Source of the DNA: Escherichia coli
Lineage (GTDB): Bacteria; Pseudomonadota; Gammaproteobacteria; Enterobacterales; Enterobacteriaceae
DNA length: 64,000 bases
Direction: 5' to 3' (one strand)
Assembly (NCBI RefSeq): GCF_016903815.1
Contig: NZ_CP069973.1
Shown here in pieces: positions 62,068 to 64,000 of the stretch. Below the pieces are notes generated by a model. That model was not told the DNA's origin. It worked only from the letters and a program-made list of their open reading frames with translations, and ran no database searches. Position numbers and translations under genes: made by a program. Each line of letters opens with the position of its first letter. Positions within the stretch are counted from its first letter, which is position 1.

Positions 62068-63393
62068 TTAAACCCGGCTACCCCACAAATCGTACTCATC
62101 GGCGTGCTCGACTTTCACACGCAGGATATCACCCGGCTTAACGTTGGTTTCACCATTGAGATAAACCGCTCCGTCGATTTCCGGTGCATCTGCCATGCTG
62201 CGACCAATCGCGCCTTCTTCGTCCACTTCGTCGATAATCACCAGAATTTCACGGCCCACTTTCTCTTGCAGGCGCTCGGCGGAAATCTGCTGCTGCAGCT
62301 GCATGAAACGGTTCCAGCGTTCTTCTTTCACTTCTTCCGGAACCTGGTCAGGCAGGGCATTGGCGTCTGCACCTTCAACCGGGCTGTATTTAAAGCAGCC
62401 AACGCGATCCAGACGCGCTTCTTTCAGGAAGTCGAGTAGCATCTGGAAATCTTCTTCTGTCTCGCCAGGGAAGCCGACAATAAAGGTTGAGCGTAGGGTC
62501 AGTTCCGGGCAGATTTCGCGCCACTGTTTGATGCGCGCGAGTTGGCGATCTACAGAACCCGGACGCTTCATCAGTTTGAGAATGCGCGGGCTGGCGTGCT
62601 GCAACGGAATGTCCAGATACGGCAGGATTTTGCCTTCTGCCATCAGTGGGATGACGTCGTCCACATGCGGATAAGGGTAAACGTAGTGCAGACGTGTCCA
62701 GATCCCCAGTTTCGATAACTGTTCGCACAGGCTGACCATGCTGGTTTTTACCGGCTCGCCGTTGTGGAAGCCAGTACGATGTTTAACATCGACGCCATAG
62801 GCGGAAGTATCCTGCGAGATCACCAGAATCTCTTTAACGCCCGCATCAACCAGACGTTTCGCTTCACTTAACACTTCGCCAATCGGACGGCTCACCAGGT
62901 CGCCGCGCATAGACGGAATAATGCAGAAGGTGCAGCGGTGATTACAGCCTTCAGAAATTTTCAGATAGGCATAATGACGCGGCGTCAGTTTCACGCCTTG
63001 TTCTGGCACCAGGCTCAGGAATGGGTTGTGTTTCGGTTTTGGCACGTAGTGATGAACGTGCTCCAGAACCTGCTCATAGCTATGAGGCCCGGTGATTTCC
63101 AGCACTTTCGGGTGGACTTCGCGGATCTGATCTTCTTTTGCCCCCAGACAACCGGTCACAATTACCTTGCCGTTTTCATTCAACGCTTCACCAATGGCTT
63201 CCAGTGATTCTTGTACCGCGCTGTCAATAAAGCCGCAGGTGTTGACGATCACCATGTCCGCATCGTCATAGCTCGGTACCACGTCATAACCTTCAGTGCG
63301 TAGTTCGGTGAGAATACGCTCTGAATCGACAAGGTTTTTCGGACAGCCAAGGGAAACAAAGCCGATTTTCGGCTGGGGAGTTACTTTGCTCAT
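62068..63393 (-). CDS. rimO: ribosomal protein S12 methylthiotransferase RimO (radical SAM MTTase)
   Basis: 441 aa with N-terminal MTTase Cys triad and radical-SAM CxxxCxxC (CNHRCTFC). Confidence 0.93.
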
Positions 63394-63605
63394 AGCTTAA
63401 AAAATATTCAGTTACAGGAAAGGTCAGGGCAGGGATTCTACAGAGTTCTGGATAAAATTTGTATCGCAATCTCATTCGCTGGCGGAGGCGAAGGAAATGT
63501 AAATTTTGTTAATTCGGCGTGAAGAATTGATCCTGGACAGCATTTTGCTCAAAAAATAGCCATACTATTTAATTGCAATAAGGCTGGAAAGAGGAGGATC
63601 GAAGT

Positions 63606-63989
63606 ATGTTCGTTGACAGACAGCGAATCGATCTGCTGAACCGGTTGATCGACGCACGCGTTGACCTCGCCGCATACGTGCAACTGAGGAAGGCAAAAGG
63701 ATACATGTCCGTCAGCGAAAGCAATCATCTACGAGATAACTTTTTTAAACTGAATCGCGAACTGCACGATAAATCGCTGCGGTTGAATCTTCATCTGGAT
63801 CAGGAAGAGTGGAGTGCTCTTCATCATGCTGAAGAAGCATTAGCGACAGCCGCAGTATGTTTGATGAGTGGGCACCATGATTGCCCGACTGTTATTACCG
63901 TCAACGCCGATAAGCTTGAAAATTGTCTGATGAGCTTAACGCTGAGTATCCAGAGCCTGCAGAAGCACGCCATGCTTGAGAAGGCCTGA
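63606..63989 (+). CDS. bssR: biofilm regulator BssR (YliH)
   Basis: 127 aa, divergent from rimO, as in K-12. Confidence 0.85.
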   Translation: MFVDRQRIDLLNRLIDARVDLAAYVQLRKAKGYMSVSESNHLRDNFFKLNRELHDKSLRLNLHLDQEEWSALHHAEEALATAAVCLMSGHHDCPTVITVNADKLENCLMSLTLSIQSLQKHAMLEKA

Positions 63990-64000
63990 AAACTAAGGGG

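Overview
This window is an Escherichia coli-type chromosomal segment, syntenic with the K-12 ybhN-clsB-ybhPQ-ybhRSFG-cecR-rhlE-dinG-ybiBC-ybiJIX-fiu-mcbA-rlmF-ybiO-glnQPH-dps-rhtA-ompX-opgE-mntSR-ybiR-ldtB-ybiT-ybiUVWY-fsaA-moeBA-iaaA-gsiABCD-pdeI-dgcI-rimO-bssR region. All gene identifications rest on recall of E. coli proteins plus motifs read directly from the ORF translations; no database search was run. Against that conserved backbone, five things differ from the K-12 layout as I remember it: (1) an IS200-family transposase fragment and an AT-rich small membrane-protein gene upstream of ybhN; (2) a ParE-type toxin with an unusually long antitoxin in the place where K-12 has ybiA; (3) a +1 frameshift splitting dinG; (4) a three-gene carbohydrate module (LacI-type regulator, ExuT-like MFS transporter, GH31 glycosidase) between ybiT and ybiU, next to the orphan glycyl-radical-enzyme cluster; (5) a HigB/HigA-like toxin-antitoxin pair between dgcI and rimO. 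An exact 13-mer, TTTCGAATGAAAG, recurs in all three promoter regions of the ybiU / ybiV / ybiY-ybiW / fsaA cluster and may mark a shared regulatory element. No CRISPR array, tRNA or rRNA gene was seen. I found no single obviously novel system; the accessory glycoside module plus the co-signalled GRE cluster is the strongest candidate.
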